From positions 1,952,236 to 1,986,000 of the forward strand of contig JAWMAR010000217.1 in assembly GCA_036785375.1 (NCBI GenBank): DNA of 33,765 nucleotides, written 5' to 3'. The notes under the pieces are model-generated. The model was not told the DNA's origin, did no database searches, and saw nothing but the letters and a program-made list of their open reading frames with translations. Positions 11,435 to 22,798 of the stretch are shown here, in pieces. How positions within the stretch are numbered: the stretch's first letter is position 1; each line of letters begins with the position of its first letter. This stretch comes from Leucoraja ocellata. Its lineage: Eukaryota. The position numbers were made by a program, and so were the translations under genes.

Positions 11435-11772
11435 GAATAGAGGAGAAAGGAGAAAGGAAGAGGAGGAGCCCGAGGGCTGAGGGAGAGCTGAGAAGAGGAG
11501 GAGACAGCAAGGGCTACCGGAAATTGGAGGTCAATGTTTATGCCGCTAGGGTGCAATCTGCCCAAGCGGAATATGAGGTGCTGCTCCTCCAATTTGTGGT
11601 GGGCTTCACTCTGGCCAAGGAGGAGGCCCAGGACAGAAAGGTCGGATTCGGAATGGGAGGAAGAGTTGAAGTGCTGAGCCACCGGGAGATTAGGTTGGTT
11701 ATTGCGAACTGAGTGGAGATGTTGTGCGAAGCGATCGCCAAGCCTGCAATTGGTCTCACTGAGGTTGATCAT
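11435..11772 (-). mobile_element. Penelope-like element GIY-YIG C-terminal fragment
   Basis: ETNCRLGDRFAQHLHSVRNNQPNLPVAQHFNS...KLEEQHLIFRLGRLHPSGINID within ORF 11242-11832. Confidence 0.88.
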
Positions 11773-11779
11773 ACGCCGA

Positions 11780-12135
11780 ATAATCCAACCAGAATTTTGT
11801 TTGGAAGTGGAAAGAAATAATAGAAATTGCATTCATTGCAACGTGTAAAAAGAGATGAGATACTGTATTGTAATTTTACTGCATGTCATTGGGGTATATA
11901 TCATGTCTTGATTGGTGAATATGTTTAGTTTGTGACTTTATTTGAAGCAGAAATAATATGTGAATGCTTCATTAACCATAATTCTGACTGGTAACTACGC
12001 ACTTTGTCCGAGCACATTATCGCACGCGTTATGCAAGCCGTCCTAAATGACCACCTAAACTGTCATTTGGCAACCCAAAAAGCTGCCTAGATTGCCCAGC
12101 TGGCAACAGGGAAAAAAAGTTAAGCGAGAGCCCTG
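11780..12135. mobile_element. Probable hAT-type DNA transposon end
   Basis: Ends ...gttaagcgagagccctg (CAGGGCTC on minus), an hAT-like terminus, and abuts other TE fragments. No partner TIR. Confidence 0.4.
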
Positions 12136-12409
12136 TACTTTCAAGTGAGAGCAAGATAGGGCTCTTAAAGAGTCAGGGGATATGGGGAGAAGGCAGGAAC
12201 AGGGTACTGACTGTGGATGATCAGCCATCTTTTTCTCTTGTATCTTTTAGTCCTACAGCTCCGTTGAGGTGAGCCAGGCCAACGATGAGATGGCATAAAA
12301 GCCATGCCCCCCCCCCAGGCCAGGCGGCACCGTTATCAGCCATGATTACATTGAATGGCGATGCTAGCTCGAAGGGCCGAATGGCCAACTCCTGCACCTA
12401 TTGTCTATA
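12136..12409 (+). mobile_element. CR1 3' end split by a 106-bp insertion (12229-12334)
   Basis: CR1 tail sequence on both sides; atcagccat duplicated at 12220-12228 and 12335-12343. Confidence 0.8.
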
Positions 12410-12689
12410 TAACAGGGATCAAGTGCATTCCTGAAGAAGTTTTAGTAACCGAGGAGCATACTTAAAAAGGAAATGAGGGGAGGAAAAGGATCTTTGATGT
12501 TGGATGACTGGAAACATACTAACGATTAAAATATTCTTGTACATGCTTCAAAAACTAATCATTTTCTTTGATTACTACAGTAGTATTGTAGGATAATCGA
12601 ATTAATTAATATTTCACACTATAAATAAAAAAAGGATAAAGTTGGCACTGCATTAAAAGAGGCATGATCAGTTTGAATTGAGTTGCTGA

Positions 12690-13150
12690 AAAGGCTGTAT
12701 CATCATTCTTGCTGTAATTTGGCATAGGCAACTTCATTTTATGAGGAGTTGTGAATTGAACTGAACATTGTGAATTCAACATGAATGAATATCCACGCTC
12801 TGATTTAAGATCAGAAGGAAAGTAATTGAAGCATCAGCTGAAGATGGTTGGGTCCAGGAAACCACCCTCAACAATGACTGCAATGATGTCATGGAGTTTG
12901 GATGATTACTAGTCATCTGCTTTGTGAAAGATGCAAATTCAACTGTTGCAGACTTTTTTCTCCCCGAGATTCCTATTGAAATCAGTTTTTTACAGGCTAA
13001 TGGATCACATTTGGTCAAAGGCTTTCTTGAAGTCAAGGGTTTGCACTATCACATTCCCTCTGGAATTCAGCTCTTTTGTCAACATTTGGGTCTACACTGT
13101 TATGAGGTCTGGAGCTCAGTGACATTGGACATGGGAATGGTGCAAAGATG
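12690..13150 (-). mobile_element. Ancient LINE reverse-transcriptase relic (CR1/L2 group)
   Basis: Minus strand gives broken RT motifs (APDLITV..., KELNSRG..., LDFKKAFDQM, VVSWTQ near the PQG region). Confidence 0.6.
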
Positions 13151-13156
13151 ACTTAT

Positions 13157-13572
13157 GGGCCTGTCCCACTTAGGCTATTTTTAGGCGACTGTCATAGTCA
13201 TAGCAGGTCGCGACTGGATCTTCCCCCCCCCCCCCCCCCCCACAATAAAATTTGAAATAGAATCATTACTTCAACATTAAAAAAACCCAAAGTCAGCACC
13301 GACGATAACCTACGTCACCTGGTGACAACCTACGTTAACCCGGCGACAACTACGACAGCACTTACGTCAGGAGAAGTCACGCTACGCTTCATTGGCGTCA
13401 AACCCACTGTCACCGACTGGCTTCGTAAAATTTTCAACATGTCCAGCGACAACCAGAAAGACGCTACGACTCTTTGGGCAACTGAGACTACTCACAACCA
13501 TACAGACGTCATCCCGGTGACTATGTGCCGACAGCATAGTCACCTAAAAAATCGCTTAAGTCGGACAGGCCC
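13157..13572. mobile_element. MITE / non-autonomous DNA transposon with TIRs of about 34 bp
   Basis: Left gggcctgtcccacttaggctatttttaggcgact; right (reverse complement) gggcctgtccgacttaagcgattttttaggtgact. Flanks are T/A-rich; superfamily (Harbinger or Kolobok-like) uncertain. Confidence 0.85.
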
Positions 13573-13724
13573 CTAAAGGACTGCAAATTTAGTATCTCTA
13601 TTCAAAAAGATGAAGTATAACTCAGCTGGTAACAAACAATAGCTATTGTAGAGTTGTAATATCACTAAGGAATTTGACAACGTAGGACATAATGGTCTCC
13701 TTCAGTGTTCCATCCATTTGGGCC

Positions 13725-13975
13725 CTTGAAGTGTGGTCACTGTTATAATGTACGTAACACTGACGACAATTTACACACTGCAAACTACCACAAATAGTTA
13801 GGTAATACCAACCAGATAATTTGTTTCACTTATGGGGTTAAGTAATAATCTGAACATCTAGCAAAATCCCCTGCATTACTCTGCAGTGCCTGAGAAAGCA
13901 ATTGGATTCAATTTAACATCCATCTGAAAAATGGCACCTTCCAACATCAACGTAGATTTTTATGTTCAACTTTTT
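13725..13975 (-). mobile_element. Deu-domain SINE relic (SacSINE1/AmnSINE-like)
   Basis: tgaagtgtggtcactgttataatgta...caatttacacactgcaaactaccacaaa...ccagataatttgttt...tttaacatccatctgaaaaatggcaccttcc resembles the Deu-SINE core as recalled; not aligned. Confidence 0.55.
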
Positions 13976-14139
13976 TCATGAATGGAAGTATATAGTAGAT
14001 TCCCCTAAATATGAAAATGGAAATCCTTTCTTACATATTTGACAAGTATTGTGGAGTGAGGTAGACAATTTCCAAGTTTTACAAATGACTAGCCGAGCTT
14101 CAGATGAAGTATTGCTTTTAATTCTTAACATCCGATTTT

Positions 14140-14580
14140 AACAAACTTCATGAAGAATCATGTGGCCCTGGAGAGGAGCAGGGAAGTTTCTCCACCATAA
14201 AATAGTTATGAGAGAGTTTGAGAGCTACTTCGAGAGCATGGAGAAGCTTGTGTTGTTCTCATAGCAGAGACGCTTAAAGTGAGATCTATGGCGATCTTCA
14301 GAAATAAGAGGTATGTTATGGGATCAGAGATTATTGATTTAAAATAATTGGTAAATTAATTAAGATAAAATGAGAACAGGATTACGATCTGAAACCGAAG
14401 ATTGATATTACACTCTATAAAAAGATTCATAAGTTCCAATGGAGTCAAGCTATGTACTTGAGGAATAATTTGCAGGGTTTTGGGGAAAAAGCTAAAATGG
14501 GATTCTAAATTAGGTCAACTCTTGCAATAAAAAAAACAACAACAAAAAAAACAAGCATGCTGAACGGTCTCCCTCATGCT
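14140..14580 (+). mobile_element. Old CR1 3' fragment
   Basis: gtggccctggagaggagcag...ggagaagcttgtgttgttctc...agacgcttaaagtgagatct resembles the ALERVQ...EKLGLFS..RRLRGDL region. Confidence 0.55.
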
Positions 14581-14829
14581 ATAAATATTTTGTGATATAT
14601 ATAGAGCTTAATTTTTTAATAAATATTAATATAAAACCATGATTTTTGGCAATCTAAAATTGCTGCTAATGGTGGAATTTTAGTACAGAAACTGCACATT
14701 TATAACAAATGTTCATAATTTTTGGCCTGGCATGTTACCAGCTACTGATTCTGTAAATACAATAACGGAGTTCACACTATAATTATTTAATTACTTTAAA
14801 CTATTTATGTTAAAAGTGCAGATACTCAC

Positions 14830-14884
14830 ACCATCAGCTCTACATGGATTCAGTCTGTGGTAAACTGCTTCAATAACACTCCGC
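14830..14884 (-). CDS. PPM1A: PPM1A penultimate coding exon
   Basis: ctttag|G CGG AGT GTT...GAT GGT|gtgagt, 55 nt. (K)RSVIEAVYHRLNPCRADG matches PPM1A KRNVIEAVYNRLNPY. Confidence 0.95.
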
Positions 14885-15261
14885 CTAAAGTAAATAAAAA
14901 CGGATATTAAAACTAAATTTTTTCATGCATGCATTGGGTTAATGGCACCAAAAAAAATATCAGTAAAATGAAAAGTGTTTGTTATTAAATGATTGGCAAT
15001 TCATTTCTTAAAATTAATTAAGCATTAAAGAATGATTAGAACTTCCTACACATTAGAACTTTTAATCTGACCATCCAAATAGTAAATTTTAAAATGCTAT
15101 TAAGTTAAAGAATGGCAGAATTTCATGTAATGATATGCTCAACTCAAGATTATATACACCCAACAAAATGTGTTTTCAATTCCATAACTTTAAAATAACC
15201 CCATTCCAGAAGTGCTCAAAATAACAAATTGTATATCATCTTAATTAGAATAAACCGTGTC

Positions 15262-15620
15262 ATGGCATCTACAATTATTGGGCTATAGGTGAGGTAAATA
15301 GCCAATGTCAGTTTCCCATGCTTGGAGTGTCAAAAACTAAAGGGCATTGGTTTAAGATGAGAGGGGAGGGTTTAAAGAAGATTTAAAGGGTAAATGGTTC
15401 ACAAGGAATTGTTGATATCTGGTATGAGATGCCAGAGGTAGTGGAGGCAGGAACATTGATAACATTTAAAATGCATCTTGACAGGTATTTCAATAAGCTG
15501 GGCATAGAGGGATGATGGAATTAATGCAGGCAAGTGCGTTTAGTATAGATCGGCATGATGGACGTTTAGATGCGACAGGCGATATGGCATATTTCTATGC
15601 CATACAACTCTATGACTTAT
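15262..15620 (+). mobile_element. Old CR1 3' fragment
   Basis: aaactaaagggcattggtttaagatgagaggg...gccagaggtagtggaggcagg...acatttaaaatgcatcttgacagg (TRGH..FK.HLD region). Confidence 0.7.
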
Positions 15621-16074
15621 TGGCTCCATATTATAAAATATATCTGTTATTTGCCAAAATACAGAAGAGAACTGGGGAACTGCCAAATGTTTACATAAAA
15701 GTTAAAATTGCAATAGTAACTGAAAACATTACTTACTTTTGATCATCTCAGGGAGACCTGTAAGTACAGCTTCATTTTTTTGTTGTCTTTGTATAACAAA
15801 CCATTTCGATTTCACCATTTTATTCAGCATTTTTAAGTCTTCATGAATTTCAACAATAATGTATTTATTATTGGTGTGACTCATGAATAATGCTCCACAT
15901 AAATTGAAATAAAAAGTCAGCAGCAACTACTGTTATTGATGGTCACATCCAGAATTTTACTATATTATGATGTAGAAGTAGGTCATTCAGTTTGAGTCTT
16001 TGCTGAATCAAGAGCAATTTCATTTGCCTGTTATTTTCACCACATTCCTATTCACTCCTCCTGGATTCTACACA

Positions 16075-16170
16075 CAAACAATTTACAGTGGCCAATTAAC
16101 ATATCTAGCAGTATATCTTTTGTATGTAGGAGGAAACTGGAGCAGTCAAAGAAAATCTATGCGTGTTGCA
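16075..16170 (-). mobile_element. tRNA-derived V-SINE/HE1-like relic
   Basis: atttacagtggccaattaac...tcttttgtatgtaggaggaaactggagcagtcaaagaaaatctatgcg resembles the antisense V-SINE core as recalled. Confidence 0.5.
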
Positions 16171-16789
16171 CCACTCTGTTGTTATATGGATACAATATAG
16201 GCACGTTTCTTTTCCAGTTTATAAACATTCCCAAAATTAAGCTACAGTTTAAGTAAACGTTAGTCATACTGAGTTTATCCATCCGAACAAGACAGAATTC
16301 TTCTATCTAATCATCATTGCCAGAGAACACCTGGAATGTTTTTTTTCTCTATGTTATTCCCACTGGAATTTCCCAACAATGTATCCTTTTACTCCCCCCC
16401 TGTATCGCCCCTATTTCCTATCCATATCTGGCATCATCATTATTGCAGCATCAATCAGAATTGTTAGATTTAGCAGGCATGCTAAGGATACCCAGTTTTC
16501 TCACCAACTTCCTTTTGAAGTTATCTATTGCCACGTTATCAAAGCCTCTGGTTCAACATCCTGCTCTGGATTAACCAGAATTATTTTCAAAATGCACCTG
16601 TATCATGTTTTTGGAATAACAAAAGAATTCAAACTTCCTTTGGGAAATTGTCTAAAGCTGAACCAATCCATTTACAACCTTAATGTTCTACCAATCCCAG
16701 GATAAGCTCCCCCTTACATAATCAATCCATCAACTAGTCTGCCTACTTTCATTCCTGGGACGCTGCTAAAGCTTTAACTCATGAGTTTG

Positions 16790-18650
16790 ATACCAGATAC
16801 TTGCATGATCTTTTGCAATCATGTGTTTAGAAACCCAGATTCTCTGCATCTCTGCTCTGCAATCTCTCATCATTTAGGCAATATGCTTCTTTCTCTTATT
16901 TTTCCTATCAAAACAGACAATTTTATATTTTCCACTATTTGCTCATTTACCCGAACTTTCTATATCACATCTGCACCCAGGATGAGGTGTTCCAAACCAG
17001 GGCTTCGGAGATGTCCTCATACTTTAGAGAACGGGGCATCCCCTCTTCAACTATAGATGAGGCTCTCACTAGGGTCGCTTCTATATCCTGTAGCTCCGCT
17101 CACATTCCCCATCCCTCCACTCGTAACAAGGACAGAGTTCACCTTCCACCCTACCAGCCGTCACATAAAACAGATCATCCTCCGACATTTTCGCCACCAC
17201 CAACGGGATCCCACAACTGGCCACATCTTGCCATCTCCTCCCCTTTCAGCTTTCCGCAGAGACCGCTCCCATCGTAATTCCCTGGTTAATTAGTCTTTTC
17301 CCACCCAAACAACCCCCTCCCCTGGTACTTTCCCTTGCAGCTGCAGGAAATGCTACACTTGTCGCTTTACCTCCCCCCTTGACTCCATCTAAGGACCCAA
17401 GCAGTCTTTCCAGGTGAGGCAGAGGTTCACCTGCACCTCCTCCAACCTCATCTATTGCATCCGCTGCTCCAGGTGGCAACTGTTCTACATCGCAGACTTG
17501 GCAATCGCTTCGCCCAACACCTCCGCATTAACCAACCTGATCTCCCGGTGGCCCAGCACTTCAACTCCCCCTCCCCTTCCCCTTCCGAATTCGGCCTTTC
17601 TTTCCTGGGCCTCCTCCATGGCCAGAGTGAGCCCTACCGCAAATTGGAGGAGCAGCACCTCATATTTCGCTTGGGTAGTTGACACCCCAGTGGTATGAAC
17701 ATTGATTTCTCCAATTTCAGGTTGTCCTTGCTTTCTCCCTCCTTCCCCTCCCCTTCCCAGTTCTCCCACAGCCCATTGTCTCAGCCTCTTCCTTTCTTCT
17801 CCCCCCCCCCCACATCAGTCTGAAGAAGGGTCTTGACGCGAAACCTCACCTATTCCTTCGCTCCATAGATGCCGCCTCACCCGCTGAGTTTCTCCAGCAT
17901 TTTTGACTACTTTCTATATCACTCTGTAGCTTCCTTATGTTCTCTTCATACACTATGCAACCAATCTCATCACCAATAAATGTATTAACCATACTTTGAG
18001 TGTCTGCTCAATTATCTACAATTTTCTTTTTAAAGTAGGGGCCCCAGCCTTGATCTTAGTGGTACACTACTTATTACATCTTGCCAACCTGAAAATAATG
18101 CATTTAAGCCAACTGTTTCCTTTTTAGTCAGCCAATCTTTTATCTATACTCATATTACTTCTTACACCATAAACATTTATTTTTTTGTAACAATCTTTGA
18201 TGTGGCACCTTATCAAATGCCTTTTGGGCATTGAAATGCATCCACTTTTTTTTCCTTATCCACAGCAGGTTACTTCTTCAAAAGAAATTCAATGTATTTC
18301 TTTCTTTCAAATGACCATGCTGAGTTTTCCTGAAGCACAAAATGTTTCTAATTTTCCTACAAAAACTTTTTAATAATAGCTTTTAAAAATGTTTAATGAC
18401 AGGTGTTAATAAATTAGTTGGCTGTTGATTCCTGCTTTTTGTTCAGCGTCGTTTTTGAAGAAGTGAATTACATTTACTATTTTTCAATCTAATGGAGTCT
18501 TCTCCGATCTAAAGAATTTTAGAAAATTAAATTCATTTCATCAACTATTTCATTCCCCTTTCCATTAAAATATTGTGATGAATCTATCAGGACCTGGAGA
18601 CTGGTCAGCTGACAATTCCAATATTTATTTAGAACACTTTCGTGGTGACT
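16790..18650 (-). mobile_element. Old CR1 RT relic, interrupted by the Penelope insertion
   Basis: Minus-strand motifs such as gtggcaccttatcaaatgccttttgg (QKAFDKVP) and catcaggacctggaga-like (SPGPD), with many stops. Confidence 0.55.
16969..17908 (+). mobile_element. 5'-truncated Penelope-like retroelement (RT C-terminal/linker + GIY-YIG + terminus) with 14-bp TSD; frameshifted
   Basis: actttctatatcac at 16955-16968 and 17909-17922. Peptides FQTRASEMSSYFRERG, C-x-C-xx-C-xx-C linker, CTSSNLIYCIRCSRWQLFYI (GIY-YIG) and KLEEQHLIFRLGS. Decayed hammerhead at 17820-17848. Confidence 0.92.
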
Positions 18651-18989
18651 TTCATTTTCTCTGAGTTCCCGCTTCTATCTAATTCACTATTTACAATTAG
18701 TTTTACACTGTCTATAAAAAGGATGATGCACAATACTTATTTAATTCATTTTCCTTTCCCCTGTTTTCCATTTTTAGTTATTTCCCCCCTCTCCCCTCCC
18801 TAGCAAACTGGCATAAATTCCAAATGTATTAATGATTTTGATGTCACCAATGATTAACTGCTGCTACATCCTTCACGGTAGTCAAAATTACCTCAACGTT
18901 CATTTGTAACATTTCAACAAAACTGTAACAAGATCTAGAGCTGTGAGATTCTGAAAGAACCCAAATTGAGTGCCAATATGCATATAATT

Positions 18990-19480
18990 GGTCAGCAAAT
19001 GGCATCACTGATAATTTTTTCGCCAATTTGCTGATGATTCAGAGCCAGATACTGGCTTTGGGAAGATTTTTTGTCCTCCTCTGCAGCCACGATATACCTG
19101 GGCAACCTTCGGTTTTGTTGGGCTTATGCCAACATTGCAACTGGCTAGGGATGCTATTAACTCTGGCCAACGTTTTCAGAACTACTGCCAGGATCTTGCT
19201 GCAATATTTGCTCAACCATGCTGACGTTGGCCTAATTTATCATGTGCTATCCAGAGCCATCAATCATTTCCTTTCATCAGATGCAGTATTTCAAATTGCC
19301 ATGATTAAAAAGTCAGGTGAAGATTAAGATGGAGAATCAACTCTTGAAGATGATCACAAATGCTTCAGCCTTGTCTTTGTTCTTATGTGCCAAATGCCAC
19401 CTTCATTTGGGGAGATTTTAGGGAACCTCCTCCTCTCTATAGTTGTTTAACTAAACATCACTATTCACAAATGGATGTGG
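18990..19480 (-). mobile_element. Ancient LINE relic (probably endonuclease region)
   Basis: Degenerate LINE-like sequence of similar style and age to 12690-13150; weak. Confidence 0.35.
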
Positions 19481-19483
19481 CAG

Positions 19484-20060
19484 AATGATAAGAACATGAC
19501 ATAGGAGCAGAATTGGGCACATCAAGTCTGTTCTGCCATCCAATCATGGCTGTTCCCTCTGGTTCTAGTGTCCCCCATTACTGAAAACATCCTTTACACT
19601 TCCACTCTATTTAGGACTTTCATCATCTGGTAGATCTCAACCCTCCCCCTCATCTTTCTAAACTCCAACGAGTCCAGTCTCAGAGCCTTCAAATGCTCAT
19701 TTTACGTCAACGCAATCATCCCTGAGATCATTCCCATAAACCTCCTCTAGATCCCCTCCAATGCCAGCACATCATTCCTCAGTGTCCCAAAATTCCTCAC
19801 TATATTACAAATATGGCTGCACCAGTGTTTTATAAAGCCTCATTATCACATCCTTGCTTTTATATTCTAGTCCCCTCAAAATGAATGCTTGCATTGCATT
19901 TACCTTCCTCACCGCCAACTGAACCAGCAAATTTAGGAATCCTGCACCAGCACCTAAGTCCCTTTGTACCTCTGATTTCTGAATCCTCTCCTCATTTGGG
20001 AAAGTAGTCCATGTATTCCTTCCATCAAAGTGCATGACCGTACACTTTGCTACACTGTAT
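19484..20060 (-). mobile_element. CR1 3' fragment (older subfamily)
   Basis: ORF 19805-20035: SEVQRDLG...AVRKVNAMQAFILRGLEYKSKDVIMRLYKTLVQPYL. Confidence 0.85.
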
Positions 20061-20061
20061 T

Positions 20062-21065
20062 AAGACAATAAACAATAGATGCAGGAGTAGGCCATTCGGC
20101 CCTTCGAGCCAGCATCACCATTCAATGTGATCATGGCTGATCATCCCCAATCAGTACCCGTTCCTGCCTTCCCCCCATATCCCCTGACTCCGCTATTTTT
20201 AAGAGCCCTATCTAGCTCTCTCTTGAAAGCATCCAGAGAACGCGGCTCCACCACCCTGAGGCAAAGAATTCCACAGACTCACCACTCTCTGTGAGAAAAA
20301 GTGTTTCCTTGTATCTGTTCTAAATGGCCTACTCCTTATTCTTAAACTGTGGACCCTGGTTCTGGACTCCCCCAACTTCAGGAACATGTTTCCTGCCTCT
20401 AGCGTGTCCAAACCCTTAACAATCTTATATGTTTCAATGAGATCCCTTCTCATCCTTCTAAACTCCAGAGTGTACAAGCCCAGCTGCTCCATTCTCTCAG
20501 CATATGACAGTCCTGCCATCCCAGGAATTAACCTTGTAAACCTATGCTGCACTCCCTCAATAGCAAGAATGTCCTTCCTCAAATTAGGGGACCAAAACTG
20601 TACACAATACTCCAGGTGTGGTCTCACTAGGGCTCTGTACAACTGCAGAAGGACCTCTTTGCTCCTATATTCGATGCCTCTTGTTATAAAGGCCAACGTG
20701 CCATTCGCTTTCGTCACTGCATGCTGTACCTGCATGCTTACTTTTGTATTCCATTTGCCAATTCTGTATGACTGTATTCCCTCTACCAAATGTCTTATTC
20801 TATTTACCACTGCTTTGACAACTCTCCCAACCTGTCCAAGTCCTTCTGCAGACTCCTTACTTCCTCAACACTACCTGGCCCGCCACCAATCTTCACATCA
20901 TCCACAAATCTGACTACAAACCATCAATTTCATCATCCAGTATCCAAAAGTAGCAGACTCGACACCAACCCCTGTGGAACACCACTAGCAAACGGCAGCC
21001 AATCAGAAAAGGCTCCCTTTATTCCAACTCATTGCCTTCTGCCAGTCAGCAAATCTTCTATCCAT
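20062..21065 (-). mobile_element. Young CR1/HER LINE 3' end (20062-20742) plus adjacent RT fragment
   Basis: ORF 20208-20810: KANGTLAFITRGIEYRSKEVLLQLYRALVRPHLEYCVQFWSP...WNSLPQ. Tail at 20062-20160; VPQGLVS/FVDD remnants at about 20890-20990. Confidence 0.92.
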
Positions 21066-22686
21066 TAACCCTTTCATTTCCTGCAAATGGACACAAGGAG
21101 GAATTCTGGTATTCAGTTTTGTAAGAATAGTGCATTAACATCCACAATATAATACATATTACTTATGAGTAAATAATAATTTAGTGCTTTCCATATATAA
21201 ATTAATTGGATATCTATATAATAATTGGGAATATTACTACATAAAGATTTTTGATAAAGAGAAGAAATTAAAAAGCTATTTCTTAAGTCGCGATTCACAG
21301 TGCAGTTTGATGAAATATTCTCCCTCACATGTTCACACCCGCTCCTCAGAACACTATTGTGTGAACTAGACCATTTGTATTTATAACATTAATTTGGGTG
21401 CACTCGTTTTTGTATAAATTTGAAAATAAAACCTACGTTCTCAGCCCCCAAAAATTATTAGACTAGAATTCATAGAGTTATACAGCACGGAAATAGCCCA
21501 ACTTGCCCGCACCCAACCCATATATATTATCCTATTTTCGAGGAGACTGCGCCGAGCACCAATTTAAATTACTCACGGGAGATATATCCATCAAGATTCC
21601 ACACTGATTGTAATAATTGCAAGAAGTTTTCTTAAAAAGCTTTAAATATATATATATATATATTCAACATACTGATGCAACTATTTGCATTATTATTTAG
21701 AATAAAGAAAAAAGCTTAGCACTGGAGTCAACATGTAGATGTTCTTCATTTACCCATGTTAAAGTTATGCTGCTTCAATGCTACATTTGCAAAAGTCATT
21801 AATTTTCAAAATAAAGATGTAATAATGGCAGTAGCGTCCTAGCTATATTTGAAATAAATATTTTAAATTATACTCCACTGAAATATATGCAAGTTAGAAT
21901 AAATCCATGAATGGTCCAACACTGACAGCTCAATTAGCTCTAAAACATATTTGTAGAATTCTACGAATGAAACGTGGCAAAGTATTTCAAGCATACATTG
22001 ATCAAATGTGCATGCAAATTTTTCAAATTTAAATTCCCTTTCAGAATCCTTTTCATTGGACTTTACATTGCCATTTACAGTCTTGCTATTGACAAGGGTG
22101 TGCATAGAAGTTTAATTCAAAAAGGTCACGAGCTTGTGAATTAAATAGTTATTAATTGTTGCTTTTAAACAACACAAGAAGCCTGAAATTATCAAAAAAA
22201 AATCAAAAATGTTGTAAGTCTGTCACTCATTTGGCCATAAATTAACAATGGGAATTGTACATATTTAAGTGCATGCAAGATTTTCTCCCATAATGTATAT
22301 TAAATCTAGAAACCACTTAATTAGTATATCTGTAACTTACAGTTTTTAAATGTCACGTTTAAATAATCATAAATTGATTTTGCACTGCAAAGGGGTTAAA
22401 TTTGGACTGTTAATCACTGTAAAGAAACAATCTAATACACACACACACACACAATATGTTTTTAGATAATCCACTCATTACCACCATTATTGAAAAAAAG
22501 ATAAATACTCCCTAAATGCAGATATGATCATAATAGGATTCACTCTTACCATTATGAAATGCCAAAAGTGGTAGTGAGTTTGTGCTCGTACATTATACAA
22601 GTGATTAGCAGCCCCCTTTAAGATCCTTTCAACAGTGCATATTGATCTTCAAATATAGGTTATGAATCCACACATTGTACACTCAC

Positions 22687-22798
22687 TTGCTGGCCAGTTC
22701 ACCTCCCGGTGGGAGGTTTGGGATGATCTCCGACGACAAAGCATGCATCATGTGGACTACATCTGGCACCCCCTCAGCACCCTGCTTCTCAAAGATTT
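22687..22798 (-). CDS. PPM1A: PPM1A coding exon (C-terminal helical domain)
   Basis: ccccag|AA ATC TTT GAG...GCC AGC AA|gtgagt, 112 nt. (E)[36 protein letters not shown](K) matches PPM1[11 protein letters not shown] and is in phase with both neighbours. Confidence 0.96.

Noticed and set aside
20386-20913. 175-aa plus-strand ORF
   Set aside because: Antisense shadow of the CR1 ORF2.
21863-22105. 80-aa minus-strand ORF as a PPM1A exon
   Set aside because: No PP2C similarity; the flanking exons already join in phase without it.
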